DNA of 64,000 nucleotides from Anthoceros angustus (GCA_010909165.1 VJWM01000019.1:1302001-1366000), one strand, 5' to 3'; counted from the first letter of the stretch, positions 49,864 to 62,560 are shown. Made by a program: numbers and translations. The notes: generated by a model from the sequence alone, not told the origin.

Positions 49864-50520
49864 ACAGTTGCCCAGGCACTTCGGCTGGAGCCTGTGGCTC
49901 CGGCGTCTAAGGAGAGTATTGCTGCTCTTCGGGCCCTTCACCCGGCCCCATATGTCTCCATCCCATCGGATATCTTGGAGTCTGTGGCTAAGGAGCCTTT
50001 CCGTCTGGATAGGGTGGTTTTTGGTTGCGCTCTAATTACCACCCTGCGGCTCTCTTTTGGGGTCTTTTTGGAACTGTCTATGATCACCTCCGTGACTACT
50101 TCTCTCATGAGGATCCTCCTAGTGGTTTTCAGACTTTACTTTGGTGACGCCAGGCGTGGGTGACCCCTGATTTCTGTGTTGGGGCGGGCTTTTGGCTATG
50201 GAAGCCCACAGGTGCGCCTATCACGTAAGGCAGGCGTCCTCGTCTTACTAGAATAACATTTCCTCAAGGAGCAATTCCGGGCTCATCTTAGCCCCCATCA
50301 ATTTGGTATTGCCACCCCGGGGGACTGCGAGACGGTGAGTTTTGGAGTCGAGGCGGTTCTGCATCTATATCCGGATTGGGTTACCCTATAGGTCGATGTT
50401 GAGATGCTTTCAACACTATATCCAGGGCGGCCATGTTCCAAGAGCTTAAAGACGGGCGGACAACTAGCAAGTCTTATTCCTTTTGTTCGCTCTTTCTATG
50501 GTTCCGACAGCGATATCTTT
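49864..50520 (+). mobile_element. CRE-clade-like non-LTR retrotransposon RT fragment
   Basis: SIAALRALHP, HLSPHQFGIATPGDCETVSFGVEAVLHLYPDWVTL*VDV, then across frameshifts AFNTISRAAMFQEL and IPFVRSFYG, matching early RT subdomains of CRE/SLACS-type elements. Degenerate. Confidence 0.7.
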
Positions 50521-50699
50521 GGGGCGGTTGGGGGTTATTGGGTAGATTAGTGTGGGGGCATGCCCCCTCTGGCCTGGTGCCCCATCGTGGGTTGTTCCCT
50601 TTCACCTCAGGGTAGATAGGATTTCCCATCTCATTTTTTTTATTAAGTCTCTACGTATGCATTGGAGTGTCCGGAGGGACAACACAAAAAAAAAAAAAG

Positions 50700-51010
50700 G
50701 GACGTCCCAAATGGCCATGTGTGTCCAAATGGCCTAGGCCAAATGGGTGTCCAAATGGCCTAGGCCAAATGGACACATATTTATAAGAACGCCGTGATTA
50801 AGCATCCTGAGCTTTGATCGGTACTTAGATGGGGTGCTTAAAAGGAGTGAATGCCCTTGGTGCAAGTAGCTTAGGTACACCATGGTACAAGTTGTTAAGT
50901 ACCAAGTCCCATAACGAAAACACGAAAGGGGTGCCTAAAAGGAGTGAATGCCCTTGGTGCAAGTAGCTTAGGTACACCATGGTACAAGTTGTTAAAGTAC
51001 CAAGTCCCAT
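50700..51010. repeat. CCAAATGGCCTAGGCC repeats and a ~98-bp tandem duplication
   Basis: GGGGTGC.TAAAAGGAGTGAATGCCCTTGGTGCAAGTAGCTTAGGTACACCATGGTACAAG at ~50831 and ~50928. Confidence 0.85.
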
Positions 51011-51729
51011 GACGGAAACCCGTCTTTCGTGGACTTCAATAAAATTCTTCTTCTTCTTCTTCATACGATAAACTATCTCCTCCTCTTTATCAGAATCTAG
51101 ACTTCTTCTGGATGAGGCGCTCCGAGTGAACGCAACCCTTCATGTCGAACTAAAAAGCTAACAAAAGATGAAAGAAACATGATCTCACCACATACTTGTG
51201 CAGATGCAGATGTGCTACACCGCAAGCGCCGATGCAACGAATCCAAGATTCGCAACCCCGACCACATGTTACAAACACATGGACTGCCATGTGTGATGAC
51301 GTCGTGAGCTCGGCAAAACGGACCACTGTTGAATTCAATGCGGACGACAACCATCTGCAGCCTGCTTTCAGCGAGCTTTGACCCACCACACTGTCGTCTG
51401 TCGTCGTTACCGTCGGTAGCGTGTACGGATCAGAGTAAGGTCAGGAAGTCTATAATAAAAGCCCGACTTGCCGGGCAAGCAAGCAACGCGGTGGCCCGGA
51501 GATGTGAGAGGTCAAACACCTGCCATGCCAGGCTAGCCGGCAGCCCAGCCGCAGCCGCAGCCGCAGCCGCAGCGGCGGAGGTGAAGTTTCTTGACACCAC
51601 TGCCCTCGGCACAAATCCACCCATCAACAAATCACAACCCATCAAGCCACCACCATTCGGCATCTCCCCTCCCACCCACCAACCAAATCCCCTAGACGTA
51701 AACAACCCACAAATACATGCATACTCCCC

Positions 51730-51785
51730 CTCGAATTTCTCTGCAATTCTGAGGCTCCGGAGAAACGCGAGAGTAGATTTTCGCT
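51730..51785 (+). pseudogene. 56-bp captured copy of the J-like gene intron 1/exon 2 junction
   Basis: Matches the reverse complement of 7015-7075: 37/39, a small deletion, then 15/16. Confidence 0.85.
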
Positions 51786-53784
51786 ATTACTCACCAGCCA
51801 TAATCCCAACGTTAATGTTCGCCCCCCAGAATTACTATTCTAATTTCTCCCCCATCCCAGCTCCAGGCTGCAGGCTCCAGGCTCTAGGCTCCAGGCTGCA
51901 GGCTGCAGGCCCCAGGCTCGAGGCCCGTGAATACCCACCACTTCCTCGGGCCTCCCAACCGTGCTGCCAGCAATAATACCGCAAATCAACACTCCCCACA
52001 TGCGAATCCCTACTCTGCTGTTGCACCTCCTCGTTAATGCTTGCCAGGCCGTTCGAATTTGAAACCCTTGGTTTATGAACGTAAGCCGGATGAGCGCCAC
52101 TCCCCGGGAAACGACATCATGAGTGGTGGCCACCCCGATGCTGATCGCAACAATCCTTCTGGCACTGTCAGGAGCTCGCCCAAGCCTGACACCCGGTCGC
52201 CCCTGTTTTTATTGCGCTTCCTCGCCCCGGGCCGGCATTGGGCCCCGGCTGTCAGCCATCCCATGGCTAATAGAATTGGAGCCTGCAGGCTCCCGGACCC
52301 AAATGCGCATCCCCCCGCCGTGGCCACAGCCCCAGCCCGGCTGCCAGTCCAGCACGCGCAATCTTATTCGTCGCGCCCATAGGCCGCAGCTTCACAACCC
52401 AGTTTACGCGCCGGATTAGCGCAGAATTAGGGCAGTTTAGCCGGCCGGGCGGCCAGGCCCGGACACTCGCATTTAATATCCACCCAACGGACAGCTCTTC
52501 AATGCGGAAGAATGGCGCCCTAAAAAGGGTCGCCTTAACTAACCCGCCCCGCCTTGCCTTTAATGTCGCCCCAGTTTTAGAAGATTTGCGGCAGGAGCGC
52601 GGGGATTTCCCGCCGCGCCTCTTAACTCTGCGTTAACCGCAGGATTTGTTATCCGTAACCTCGATTTGTTATTGCTCGTAGGTGATTCGACGTCATGCGG
52701 ATGGGATCACCATGTCTGTTTCTCACATGAAGGCCCCACATGTACACAGCACGGTTCGGCAGTCTGGTAGGATGGTACGTTTTTTATCGGACCCAAAAGG
52801 GGTCGATGCAATCGAGCAGGAGTGGGATATAGTATTATGGGTCCAGAGGGGCGTATAGAAATTTATAAATCAGCGCGATATGCGATATTCTGCAGGCGTA
52901 TGTATGATGGTGCATCGTACAGAGAACATCAGTGGATGAAACGCGGGAGCTTTTCTTTTTGTTTTTCTTTTTCGGCTTTTCGATGGCTGCTCATGAGCGG
53001 AAGTGGGGGCCCATGATAGCCTCCCTTCCCCATGCGGATCACACATGGGGGCGATGCGATGCGATGCGATGCGGGGCTGAGGTGAGGTGAGTGACCGGCT
53101 GGGCCGGTGGCGCCGGTGGGCTGCCGGTCAGACGCGCGGCCCGTTTCCCCGAGTCCCGACCGCCACTGTGGAGATGAGAGGAGAGTGATTGCGAGGATTC
53201 CTTCATGTGCCTGCGGCTGGCTATGTTTAGCGCGTGGCGTTGTGGGAGTTGTTGTTGGAGCTCGGCCGCAGCCGGCGCTTTTATGCGGCTATGTATAGTG
53301 GGCTCACATGCGCCGGCTGCCTATTACCTGCTTCGGGCTTTGAAGGGGGGTGTGAATTCGGGGAGGAAGGTCGAGGGCTGGTGAAATCATTGGGCTGCGT
53401 CATCTGCCCGTGCTGGGCCGCCTTTCTTTAGTCAGACCCGCTCAGCCACGGGGCCCCAGATCCTTCTTCCGCCCTGCTGCGCCTCCGATTCCTGCTCTTC
53501 CGTCTCCAATTGCTGGAAGATTCTCCGAGTCTTCGTCTTCTTGGGCGGTCTGGCGGGTGGGTGGGAGCTGGGTTTTGAGGTTGCAGGCTCTGGAGTGGTG
53601 CGCAGTCGGGGGTGATGGAGAGCGCCTGCTTCCTCCCTCGTCGCTGCTGCTGCGCCTGAGTTGGCGTTTCCAGGCCTGGCGGTTGTGGGTTGGTGGTAAC
53701 GCGAGGGAGGAAGGGCGGTGTGGTTGATTTTGGTGTTGGGTTGTGGTGTGGTGTGGTGTGGTGGGTGGCTGTGCGTTGGGGGAG

Positions 53785-55944
53785 ATGTCGGGCAGGAGTG
53801 CCAAGCTCATGACGCACCCCTTCTTCGTCATGAGCGCTCCCAAGGCGCATTACCCGCTCTTCAGTCTGGTGGAGAAGAATGCGAGGCCGGTGATTCAGAA
53901 ATCCCGGTCTCCCTCGGGATCGCCTAAGCGGAGGAGGAGGCCGTCGCCTGGCGGGGAGAAGCGGAGGGGCAGGGAGGTGAAGGATAGGGAGGTGGTGGAG
54001 AGCGTGCTGCTGGAGGAGCCGGCGGTGGCGACTCCCTCTCGGGAGGAGATGAGAGCTTCCGTGGTCTCGATTGTGCAAGAGAGTGAAATTTGTGAGGAGG
54101 AAGAGGAGGAGGAGGAGGAGGAGGAGGAGGATGTGTTCTTCGATGACGAGCTCAGCTTGCCGGTGGATTTTCCCCGGAGTGACATTGACTTCAACCGCTT
54201 CTCGTTCGATGACGGCATCGGGTGCAGCAGCCGCTCGCTGGTCGGGAGGAGTGGTCGGAATTTGGAGTCGGTCTGCGCGGAGAAGCCGACATTGGAGAAG
54301 ACTGCGGCGCAGATCATGGCTGCTTTGCAGAAGACCGAGGAGGAGATCAGGAAGTTGGAGCAGATTGCTCTTGCGGAGAGTAAGTTTGCTTTTGCGGTGA
54401 GCAGGATGACGGGCTCATCCGGGAGCGGGCTCATCCGGCAGCGGTCTCATCCGGGGGGGTGGTTGGATGAGAGTCCCAGGCCGTCTGGGGTCGGGACGAT
54501 GGACGACAGCTTGCTCTTTACTCCCAAGACGCCCAGCAGCGAGGTGGAGCGTTCCCTGAGACGGGGCTCTGGCAGGGACGGGGAGAGCTGGGCAGACATG
54601 AACGCTTCTCTGTCCCATCTTATTCACCGGGAGCGGATGCTGCCGACTGCAGCTGCCAGCACCAAGGAGAAGAAGGTTCACTTCAAGAGCAAGTCCATCG
54701 GCGAGGAGACGGGCGACAGGACGGACCATTTCTCTGCTGATGAATTCGACGACGTTCCTCGACGCCGGCACAGCGGGGACTACGCGTCTGAGAGGGCCAA
54801 GGTGTTGAAGGCCAGCAAGCAGGCGGCCTCTCCGGAGATGAGAAGCGCTTGCTCCACTCCGGGAAGGCCCAGCTTCACGCTCGACGAGAGCAGCTCTGGG
54901 CGGCTTTTCTCCATCGAGAAGCTTGATTCCGATTTCCCCAAGGCTGCCTATTCCACCAGGCTGGCTGGGTCGAGGTCGCTGCAGGATAGCCCGATCAGGA
55001 CCCTGGCCAAGGACACCAGGAGAATGTCGGAGCAGGTGTTCGGTGGCTCCTCTCTTCAAGAAGCTCTGAATCCCGCTACCCGAGTGCCCAACAAGCAGCT
55101 CGCGGAATGCCCCAACTGCAAGTGCATGCAAGAGAAGTCATCGAGCAGCAGCAGCAGGATGCCCACCCCAGACCGCAGTGAGATATCGATGTCCGGAAGC
55201 AGCAGCAAAGGTGGGCGGAGAATCTCGCATTTGACAAGAACAGAGAGGGCTGGTGGAGGAGGCTCTGACAGTCCTTTGCGGCACGATGGGGACACCACTG
55301 CCCAGCCCAGGGCTGAGGGATTCAGAGATGGTCCGTCCAGGCATGACAGCCCTCTAAGGCGGGAGAAAGGAAGTGGGTCTGACAGTCCTTTCAGGAACGA
55401 CAAGCCTGAGCCTCTCCAGGTGAAGCTGGCGGCTCCGCAGAGCCCCCTCAGATCGCAGGTTTCTCCTGGACGTCCTACTGTGTCGGGAAGTACTACTGTC
55501 GGGAGGGAGTTCTCCGGAGGGGCGTCCCCTCCTCGATCGAGACGGAGGGTGAAGGTGAAGCTCCGCCTCATGTCTCCTTTCCAGTTCCTGCGCAAGCTGA
55601 AGGAGGTCTGTGCTCGCCTTATCCTTGCTGCGTCCTCCTCTGTGAAGCCGGAGCCTGTGATGGTGGACAATTGGAGTGCTGCGGCTGGCCGGGCCAGCAC
55701 CAGCAGCAACTGCAGTTTCGTGAGCGCTGCTGCTGTGCCTGCCACTCCTAGTCGGGTGAGCGAGAGTGTGGCCAGCAGCAGCCCCAGAATCAGTACCAGG
55801 AAGAGTTCTGTGGCCAAGAGCACGCGTGGTTCGCCCTACATCTGCTCGCCGGCCCTGAGCGGACACTCCTTCTATTCTGAAGCCATCTCCGACTGCATCG
55901 AGTTCATCAAGAGGTCGTCAACCCCTGATACAAGAATTGTATGA
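53785..55944 (+). CDS. Intronless 719-aa Ser/Arg-rich disordered protein with a conserved plant C-terminal module (SPxxFLxxL...EAIxDCIEFI)
   Basis: 2.16-kb open frame with GC3-rich codons. LMSPFQFLRKLKEVCARLILAA and HSFYSEAISDCIEFIKRSS resemble a family of small uncharacterised plant proteins (recalled, not searched). Poly-Glu tract and a short coiled coil. Confidence 0.85.
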   Translation: MSGRSAKLMTHPFFVMSAPKAHYPLFSLVEKNARPVIQKSRSPSGSPKRRRRPSPGGEKRRGREVKDREVVESVLLEEPAVATPSREEMRASVVSIVQESEICEEEEEEEEEEEEDVFFDDELSLPVDFPRSDIDFNRFSFDDGIGCSSRSLVGRSGRNLESVCAEKPTLEKTAAQIMAALQKTEEEIRKLEQIALAESKFAFAVSRMTGSSGSGLIRQRSHPGGWLDESPRPSGVGTMDDSLLFTPKTPSSEVERSLRRGSGRDGESWADMNASLSHLIHRERMLPTAAASTKEKKVHFKSKSIGEETGDRTDHFSADEFDDVPRRRHSGDYASERAKVLKASKQAASPEMRSACSTPGRPSFTLDESSSGRLFSIEKLDSDFPKAAYSTRLAGSRSLQDSPIRTLAKDTRRMSEQVFGGSSLQEALNPATRVPNKQLAECPNCKCMQEKSSSSSSRMPTPDRSEISMSGSSSKGGRRISHLTRTERAGGGGSDSPLRHDGDTTAQPRAEGFRDGPSRHDSPLRREKGSGSDSPFRNDKPEPLQVKLAAPQSPLRSQVSPGRPTVSGSTTVGREFSGGASPPRSRRRVKVKLRLMSPFQFLRKLKEVCARLILAASSSVKPEPVMVDNWSAAAGRASTSSNCSFVSAAAVPATPSRVSESVASSSPRISTRKSSVAKSTRGSPYICSPALSGHSFYSEAISDCIEFIKRSSTPDTRIV

Positions 55945-56879
55945 TGCCTTCTGCTCCCTCCCATTCCTCTCGATGTGCGTTCTATGTTCTTTTGTCTTTC
56001 GGTTTGTAACGTAAGGTAGCAACTCGGTGAATGGAGCATGTGATTACTAGCTTAGTGATTCCTGCCATTCTTTTCCTGAGCCCACAGGACCTAGATCTGA
56101 TAAAAACGAGGCCTACATTGATGTTCTTCCTTGTCGACACTACCTATTGTGTCTGTAGGCTCACCAATTTTTGTCATGGGCAGGGTGCCTTTTCGCTGTT
56201 TTGTAAATATAATATAGCTTTTATCGTCCTCACTGGGTTTCTGAACGTCAAGCTTGCTCCACGTTTACCGATATGCACTTGAGCTCCCACCACCCAACAC
56301 CCAAATCCCATAAGCTCAAACATGACACTGCACATTACAAGATGCCAAGCGTCCGGTGAGAGCAACCGCGTTTTCTGAGCCGTTTGGGTCACTTGTTTGT
56401 AAATATGGGCTCCTCGTTTCCCAAGCTCTTGATCTTCCAAGATGGGAGCATATAATGGCTGGCCTGAACTCCTCTGTTGTTGATGTACTGCACCTTTTTC
56501 GCTTCAGCCCAGTGACAAAGAGGAATCATGTCTATCCCGCAGATGCAGCACGCGATGGCTTCCGAACAGGTGGACGCACAGTTTAGCTTTACGGCGCCAG
56601 GAGGAGGAGGAGCGCGCTTCCCGCAGGCGGTTGTGAAAAGGCATCGTTTTGATGTTCATCAGGCAACAACCGCACCGCATGCTCGCTCACAGCAGTGTTT
56701 CTCCTTGTTAAATGTGACTGGATAGATAGGATGATTCTGATTGCTGGTTTTTATGTCAGGACCACGGCGACGATGAAGATGGGATGGAGGGGAGAGTATA
56801 CCAAGCCATGTTTCCACTGAAAGCTTCAGGTTCTCAAGCTGAAGCAACACAAACTAGAAATCCCAAAAAGCGAATCAGA

Positions 56880-56962
56880 CCTTCTGCCAAGTGAGGAACT
56901 AGTTTCTCAATACCTTGTCAAGTGAGGAACTAGTTCCCGACACCTTGCCACGTGAGGAACTA
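56880..56962. repeat. Three ~30-bp tandem copies (CCTTGxCAAGTGAGGAACTAG)
   Basis: GTGAGGAACTA at 56891, 56922 and 56952. Confidence 0.8.
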
Positions 56963-57324
56963 ACAGGAAAGGCGAGGAAGGTCAGATTGTAGCTCAAGCA
57001 CAGAGGCTCCAAGTGAGCTGAGTAGACATTCATGGATTGCTTCATCTATAAATAAGGATTTTGAGCTCACACTGGATACCACGTCTTGGTATCGAATGTG
57101 CGACACCCTGGGCACTTCCTTACGAGCTCAGGAAAATCCTACTACTTTGTGATCTACAAGGTTTCCTCCCTCCCAGGTCACGAGAAGCTTACGAAAGGCT
57201 ACAAAGGGTATAGTAACGCTCAGAAATCACCCGCAAATTCCTGCTTTGCAATCACGACACCCTACATCCTCACTGGTCTGTCTCCGATAAGGTTTCCTTT
57301 CCCTACATGCCGCAACAACTAGGT

Positions 57325-58169
57325 TTAGGCAGATACAACAATCGGTTTCGGCCCTTCCGGTTGGGCTGGTGGAGTGTACCATCCTAGGTCAATCTCCAGA
57401 GCCCTCTTTGCTCGAGAGAGGCGAGACTTCCTGTTTGCTCCCTTGTTCCTATGAATGGTCCCGACCTTCACAGACTTATCAATGATCCTAAAAGCCTCCG
57501 ATATCAATTTTTCAACCGGTAGTAGATCTTCTTTCGTAGGCTGCTGCGACTTCTTCAAAGCTTCCAAGGCAAGAAAAACCTGCCGGAGAACAAGCACTGT
57601 CAAAACGGGGACTAGGTCCTCCAACAACGAAACAGCAGATACCAGCTGAATGCAATGGAGAGTGGCAACCGCGAGCTCAACCGCTATGGACACGGTACGC
57701 AGTTAGGGTGTCCGAGGCAAGCACCTTCTTCATCCGAGTTCCAATTTCAGACTTCCTGGATTTGTTGTACATCCGCCTTTTTTCAGCTTGCCTCGCTCTT
57801 TTGGCAGCGGAGTCCGCTTTCTTTGGTGCAGGGGTAGTCGTCTTAGCAGCCCTCACGACAACGGATGGTCTGCTGAGCCGCAATGCTGTTTGGTTTGGAA
57901 CCGCCAATCTCAAACCTGTAACGAATCCACCAAGCAATAAGCAAGACACCACAACCATTCACCCGGCCAGCTCTAGGCCTACTCCTCTCCCGACAACACA
58001 AGACACAGCAAGCTGAAAAAGTACCAGCAAAGGAGGACGAGGAGAAAGACGTGGAGACAGACGCCGATGACCGCACACCCCAGTGGGTGCGGCTTGGAGC
58101 CGAGGACAGAGAGGTGGCGGCGATGGAGAGAGCGCCCATGGCGGAGGTCAGGGCCACGGCCGTCGCCAT
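57325..58169 (-). CDS. PRPS20: Plastid 30S ribosomal protein S20 (bS20c), nuclear-encoded; exons 58169-58025, 57915-57725, 57579-57325 (196 aa)
   Basis: Ser/Ala-rich transit peptide; KKADSAAKRARQAEKRRMYNKSRKSEIGTRMKKV and IDKSVKVGTIHRNKGANRKSRL. GT-AG introns keep the frame. Confidence 0.96.
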
Positions 58170-59118
58170 TGCTGCTCCTGCAAATCTGCAGTCTCGTTTC
58201 GGATGAGGCAGTCCAGTACAACCACTAAACCAATCGCCCAAACATGAGCAATCCGGCAACCACTAATTTAACTTGTCAACATAGGCTCGCTGTCTCCCGG
58301 GTTTGACAGCGTGGCCAGGTAGCCAGTCAGGCTGTGGTAGGCGAGTCGTGCACATGCGAGGCCACTACCTAACAGGCATGGACGCGTCCTGGGGACCAAG
58401 TTTCTTGTCTGTGAGAACAGTGTGTGATGGTTGTTGGCGTTCAGTACCCCTGGTTGACAGTTTTTTCAAAGTGCTGTTCGTGGTCACAGCCTGAGTGTTG
58501 GAGAGCCCGTGCTTGTGATTCTAATGGTGTGAGCGAGTCTGTGGCTTCGTTTTCGTAAAAAGGAAAAAGCTGGTTCCCGATGAAACGGCCCAACCGCTCC
58601 TAACATTATAAACATCAAATGCCTTGGTAGATGGAGGCAACTCAGTGTGTTGGCGAGAGCTTTCCTTGGACAGCCACATCCTTAGAGCTTTCCTTGGACA
58701 GCCACATCCTTATAATTTTCGTATTAAATAATTTAATATATGGAGAGGAATTTTGAAGAAAAAAAACACCATGACACATAATTATTACAGATAACGGGAT
58801 GTCCCGACAATCAACCTCGCGTTCACAGCAGCTTTATTTATGTCCGCTAAGGGTGGAAGGACCATTATGGGATATGAATAGTACAGCGTAAAAGAGGTAA
58901 AAAGCAGAAAGTTCAAGTAGACTCTAATACATTTCTCCAACTTCTTCTACCCATACATACGTCTGAACCAAAAAGATAGTAATTGTTTGAGATAAGAAGA
59001 AAAAGAAATTACAAGATATGAGGTTAAAGCTATAAGGAGTCCAACAACCTGCCGATGATCAAGAAGGTCACAAAGACAATGGCTAGAGAGCTTAGGGATA
59101 TGAAAATAAAAAAAAATC

Positions 59119-62100
59119 TTAGTAAAAAAAACCTAACATACTCAAAAAAATATGTGGAGCCCAAATGTCATTGTAAGTGGAACAATAGAATAGGAAATGC
59201 CTCTTACATTCAGGGTTCAAGGAGAAGAATTTGCAAATATGTTCTTCCTGAGGAGGCGGGGGGTTAAGCCAAACAGCGGGTCTCAATATGGAGGTGATGG
59301 GAGCTAACACCGAATTCACCAATGAATTGACCAATGAGTGTATGAAGTTCGAAGGAGATAGGAGAACTAAGGTAGCATGGGAGTGATGGATCGCCGGCTC
59401 ACCAAGCTGCTTCGGGAACTCAGACGGTGATCCAAATTTCAGGTTGGTCAAGGTGAGCAACACATCGTCCTCGATGAGGTGAAGCTCGGCACGCGATGGT
59501 TCTACATCCAACACGATAATATTTGAAGCGGCTGAATATACGAAGCCGCTTTCAGAAACCCCGGACCAATTTCAGATTCATTGTACAGTCCCAAAACCCA
59601 TGATTCTTAATGTTCTCGGTTTACGCATTTGGGTCTTATCGCCCGTCATGTTTGGTCCGTTTGGACAAAATTTTGCCTCGGTATGGTGCACGGCAAGATG
59701 CATAGCCGCGCCCAAAAGAAACTCAACTTAACTAATATAAAAACTATAATTGGATCTCGAACTCGCGATCTATGATTCTTAGCCGAGTTTTTACCACTTT
59801 TACCAACTTTAGGAGACAACAAAATTTTATGATATGCAAATAACATATATCAATGAAGGTGCCAATATGCTAGCACCCTATGCTCTTATGCTCCTCCATA
59901 GGCGCAGATGCGCGCCCCTTAAATAGGTTTTCTATAGGGTGCTGCGTCGCATTAACACTAGGGCTTACAACCACTTGTCCCGCACCCATGCACATTATGA
60001 CTTACATATATTAGGCCACGCGTCGCTTGCTTGCGCAAGAGAATGAGAAAAACACACCACCTTTCACACTTCCGATCACGACGCACCTTGGTCGCTCACA
60101 AAGATGGTGTCCAACATACAAAAACGTATTCAATTGCTATGACCTCAGAAAGATAGTCGCTCACACGAGCTCGAGAATAGGGAAGAAACTTGGCCGTGTC
60201 ATGTCTCTCTTCTCCATTCCGATTCAAGTGAAATTTGAGATCATGAATATTAGGGCATGGGTAATTTCAAACGGCGTGCTTAGAAAACCTTTGAAATTTA
60301 AAAATAATTTCCATGATTTTGAGTTCAAGTATGCAAATTATTAGAATAAGAGAATTTAAACCAAACCAATCACTTTTACAACACATACTATGCTCTCATT
60401 TCGATACATATATTACCTATTCCCTACACAACATGAAAAGTTCACCTTCAAAGAAGGGGACTTGAACTCAAGATCTCTTAATCCCAATTTTCAGGGCTTA
60501 CCACTCCATTAACCTTCCCATATGCAAATAATTGAGGCACAAAGTATATGTTGACATGAGGGCGCATGCCGGCCCCTCATGCCCTCATTTTCTTCTTCTT
60601 CTTCATCATGCCCTTATGCTCCCCATGCTCCTTGTTTTTGATAGCCACCGAGAAGCCATCACGGTTCGGTGGTTTCTTAGCCACTAGCCTAGGGTGTCTA
60701 ACCGATGTTGAGCGGTCAGGAGAAGCCATTACAGTTCGGGTAGTTTCTCGGCGGAAGGAAAGTGTTTGTTGGACGTCCGGTCATTGCCAAAGGCCATGAA
60801 TCTTGGCGCCGGCATCTGGCGCCCAATGCGTAACCTTTGAGCATGACTTGGTGCATGCGGCGCCTAGGTGTGTCACTTACGGCGTGTTTAGGGTCTTCAC
60901 GCCTCGGTACATTGTACATAATGACATCGACCGTATGCGGATTGGATGTATAGCATATAGAAATAGCCGTATGCATTCCCTTCGATGCTGCTGAGATGGT
61001 CGCCCATGTTCATTCTTGTTGTTTAACGAATGGCATGCACTAACGACATGGGCATCATTTCCATTGAAAACAATGGTCTACATAGGTCAAATCCTTCGTC
61101 TACCATTGTAAGCCGCTAAAATATATAAAATTCTCTCGACACCCTAATTGTGTGCCTTCTTACGGTATGCTCAAATACACATTTCAATGCCCATCGAAAA
61201 CCCCGTTTCGCGTATATTCACGTCAAAAGCCGCTTGATGTATATTCAGCCGCTTCAAATATTATGCTGTTATCCTTCTTGCCTTAAAGGCCTTTGGTATC
61301 CCGGATGTAATTCCTCCGACGACGTCCGGATGTAATTCCTCCGACGACGTCAGCCCAGACCAGGAAGGAGGATGTTGCGTGGGCTTATGGTCTAGAGATA
61401 GAGGATAAGGACGAACTTGTTGACCTTGCTGGTGGAGGCTCTCCTCTTGGATGTGCCTGAGTTTGTGTCCTTCCATAAAGACTTGGCGAAGCTTTTCAAT
61501 CCTCATGAGGAACTTGTCTGCTTGATCGATGTGGGTGCTCACGAACCTGTCATGGTGCTCAAGACTCTCGGGCGTGCTCTTTCCCCTTACACCACCAGCT
61601 AGCTCACAACGAAATTCACCAGCTGGCTTCCTAGGATTGGGACAAGGCTCAAAGTGGTGATGGGCGCTTGGTCCCTCATTGCTTTGTCAAGAGAGCCCTG
61701 AATCTATTGCATGACACCCCACCTTGGGGCTCACGGCCGCCTGCACTACTGGAGTCGATCTTGCGATTTGCCTCGTTCTCTAACCACGAGCTGCGTCGAA
61801 CTTTCATAAAGGGACCGCAATCTTCACAATGTGGGTGGTGAGCTCTCAGCCACCGCCCTCATGCACATCCAAAAATTGGTTGATGTGGACCTAATTAGAA
61901 AACCCTTGGCCTCATTGGAAGGAAGTATTCGCCGTCGGTGTGCCCTCCTGCAAGAGCATGTTGTCATCGGGGATGATGGGACGGGCATGAGTTTTTTAAG
62001 GATACGAATTATGACATTTGATCTTGTCGATAATGAAAAGGTGCTTTTCGCTAAGCACTGAGTCGACTTGTGTCACCTGGTGGGAAGCGTGTAGAATACA

Positions 62101-62560
62101 AGAATTTTGGTTAGTTTTATATGAGAATCATTGATCGGCATTGCACACCCTTTTTTATCATCGATCAGACATTTATCTACCCTTGCAAGGTTTGTGCAAG
62201 CTGTACTGTGCTGCAAGGCCTATACGAGGTGCTCAAAGGTTTGTGCGAAGTGTCTCAAGGTGCTGCAAGATGAGGCCACTCTTCACCTCTGTGAATTTTT
62301 GAGTAGCAACACAATTCGTGCTGGTGTGATATGCTTTTAAGATCGCTTGGACTGGGAACACATTGAGCGGAATAAGGAAGATCTTACAAGGATTGTCAAA
62401 GACATGGCCCTCAACGGAAAGCCTTTATCTAATATTGGGGATGAATTGCATAAAGATGTTGAAACACAGATATCATTCCTATGAGGCAAAGCTGACAATG
62501 GGATTGACAGCTTGGAGGCCAGGATTGCCTTCCTCGGTCATAAATCTGACAAAGTGATGC
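59119..62560 (-). pseudogene. Old degenerate TE coding region, partly hAT-like, interrupted by the TIR element
   Basis: ORFs 61261-61542 and 59119-59514 join across the TIR element. PMTTCSCRRA (~61950-61975) resembles the hAT C-terminal PxTxxSCER motif. Many stops. Confidence 0.35.
59518..61262. mobile_element. ~1.75-kb non-autonomous TIR DNA transposon
   Basis: ATAATATTTGAAGCGGCTGAATATAC (59516-59541) is the exact reverse complement of 61239-61264; additional AGCCGCT subterminal motifs. Confidence 0.8.

Noticed and set aside
51329-51976. 215-aa ORF with poly-Ala
   Set aside because: Non-ATG start; built from GCAGCC and CCAGGCT microrepeats and the captured fragment.
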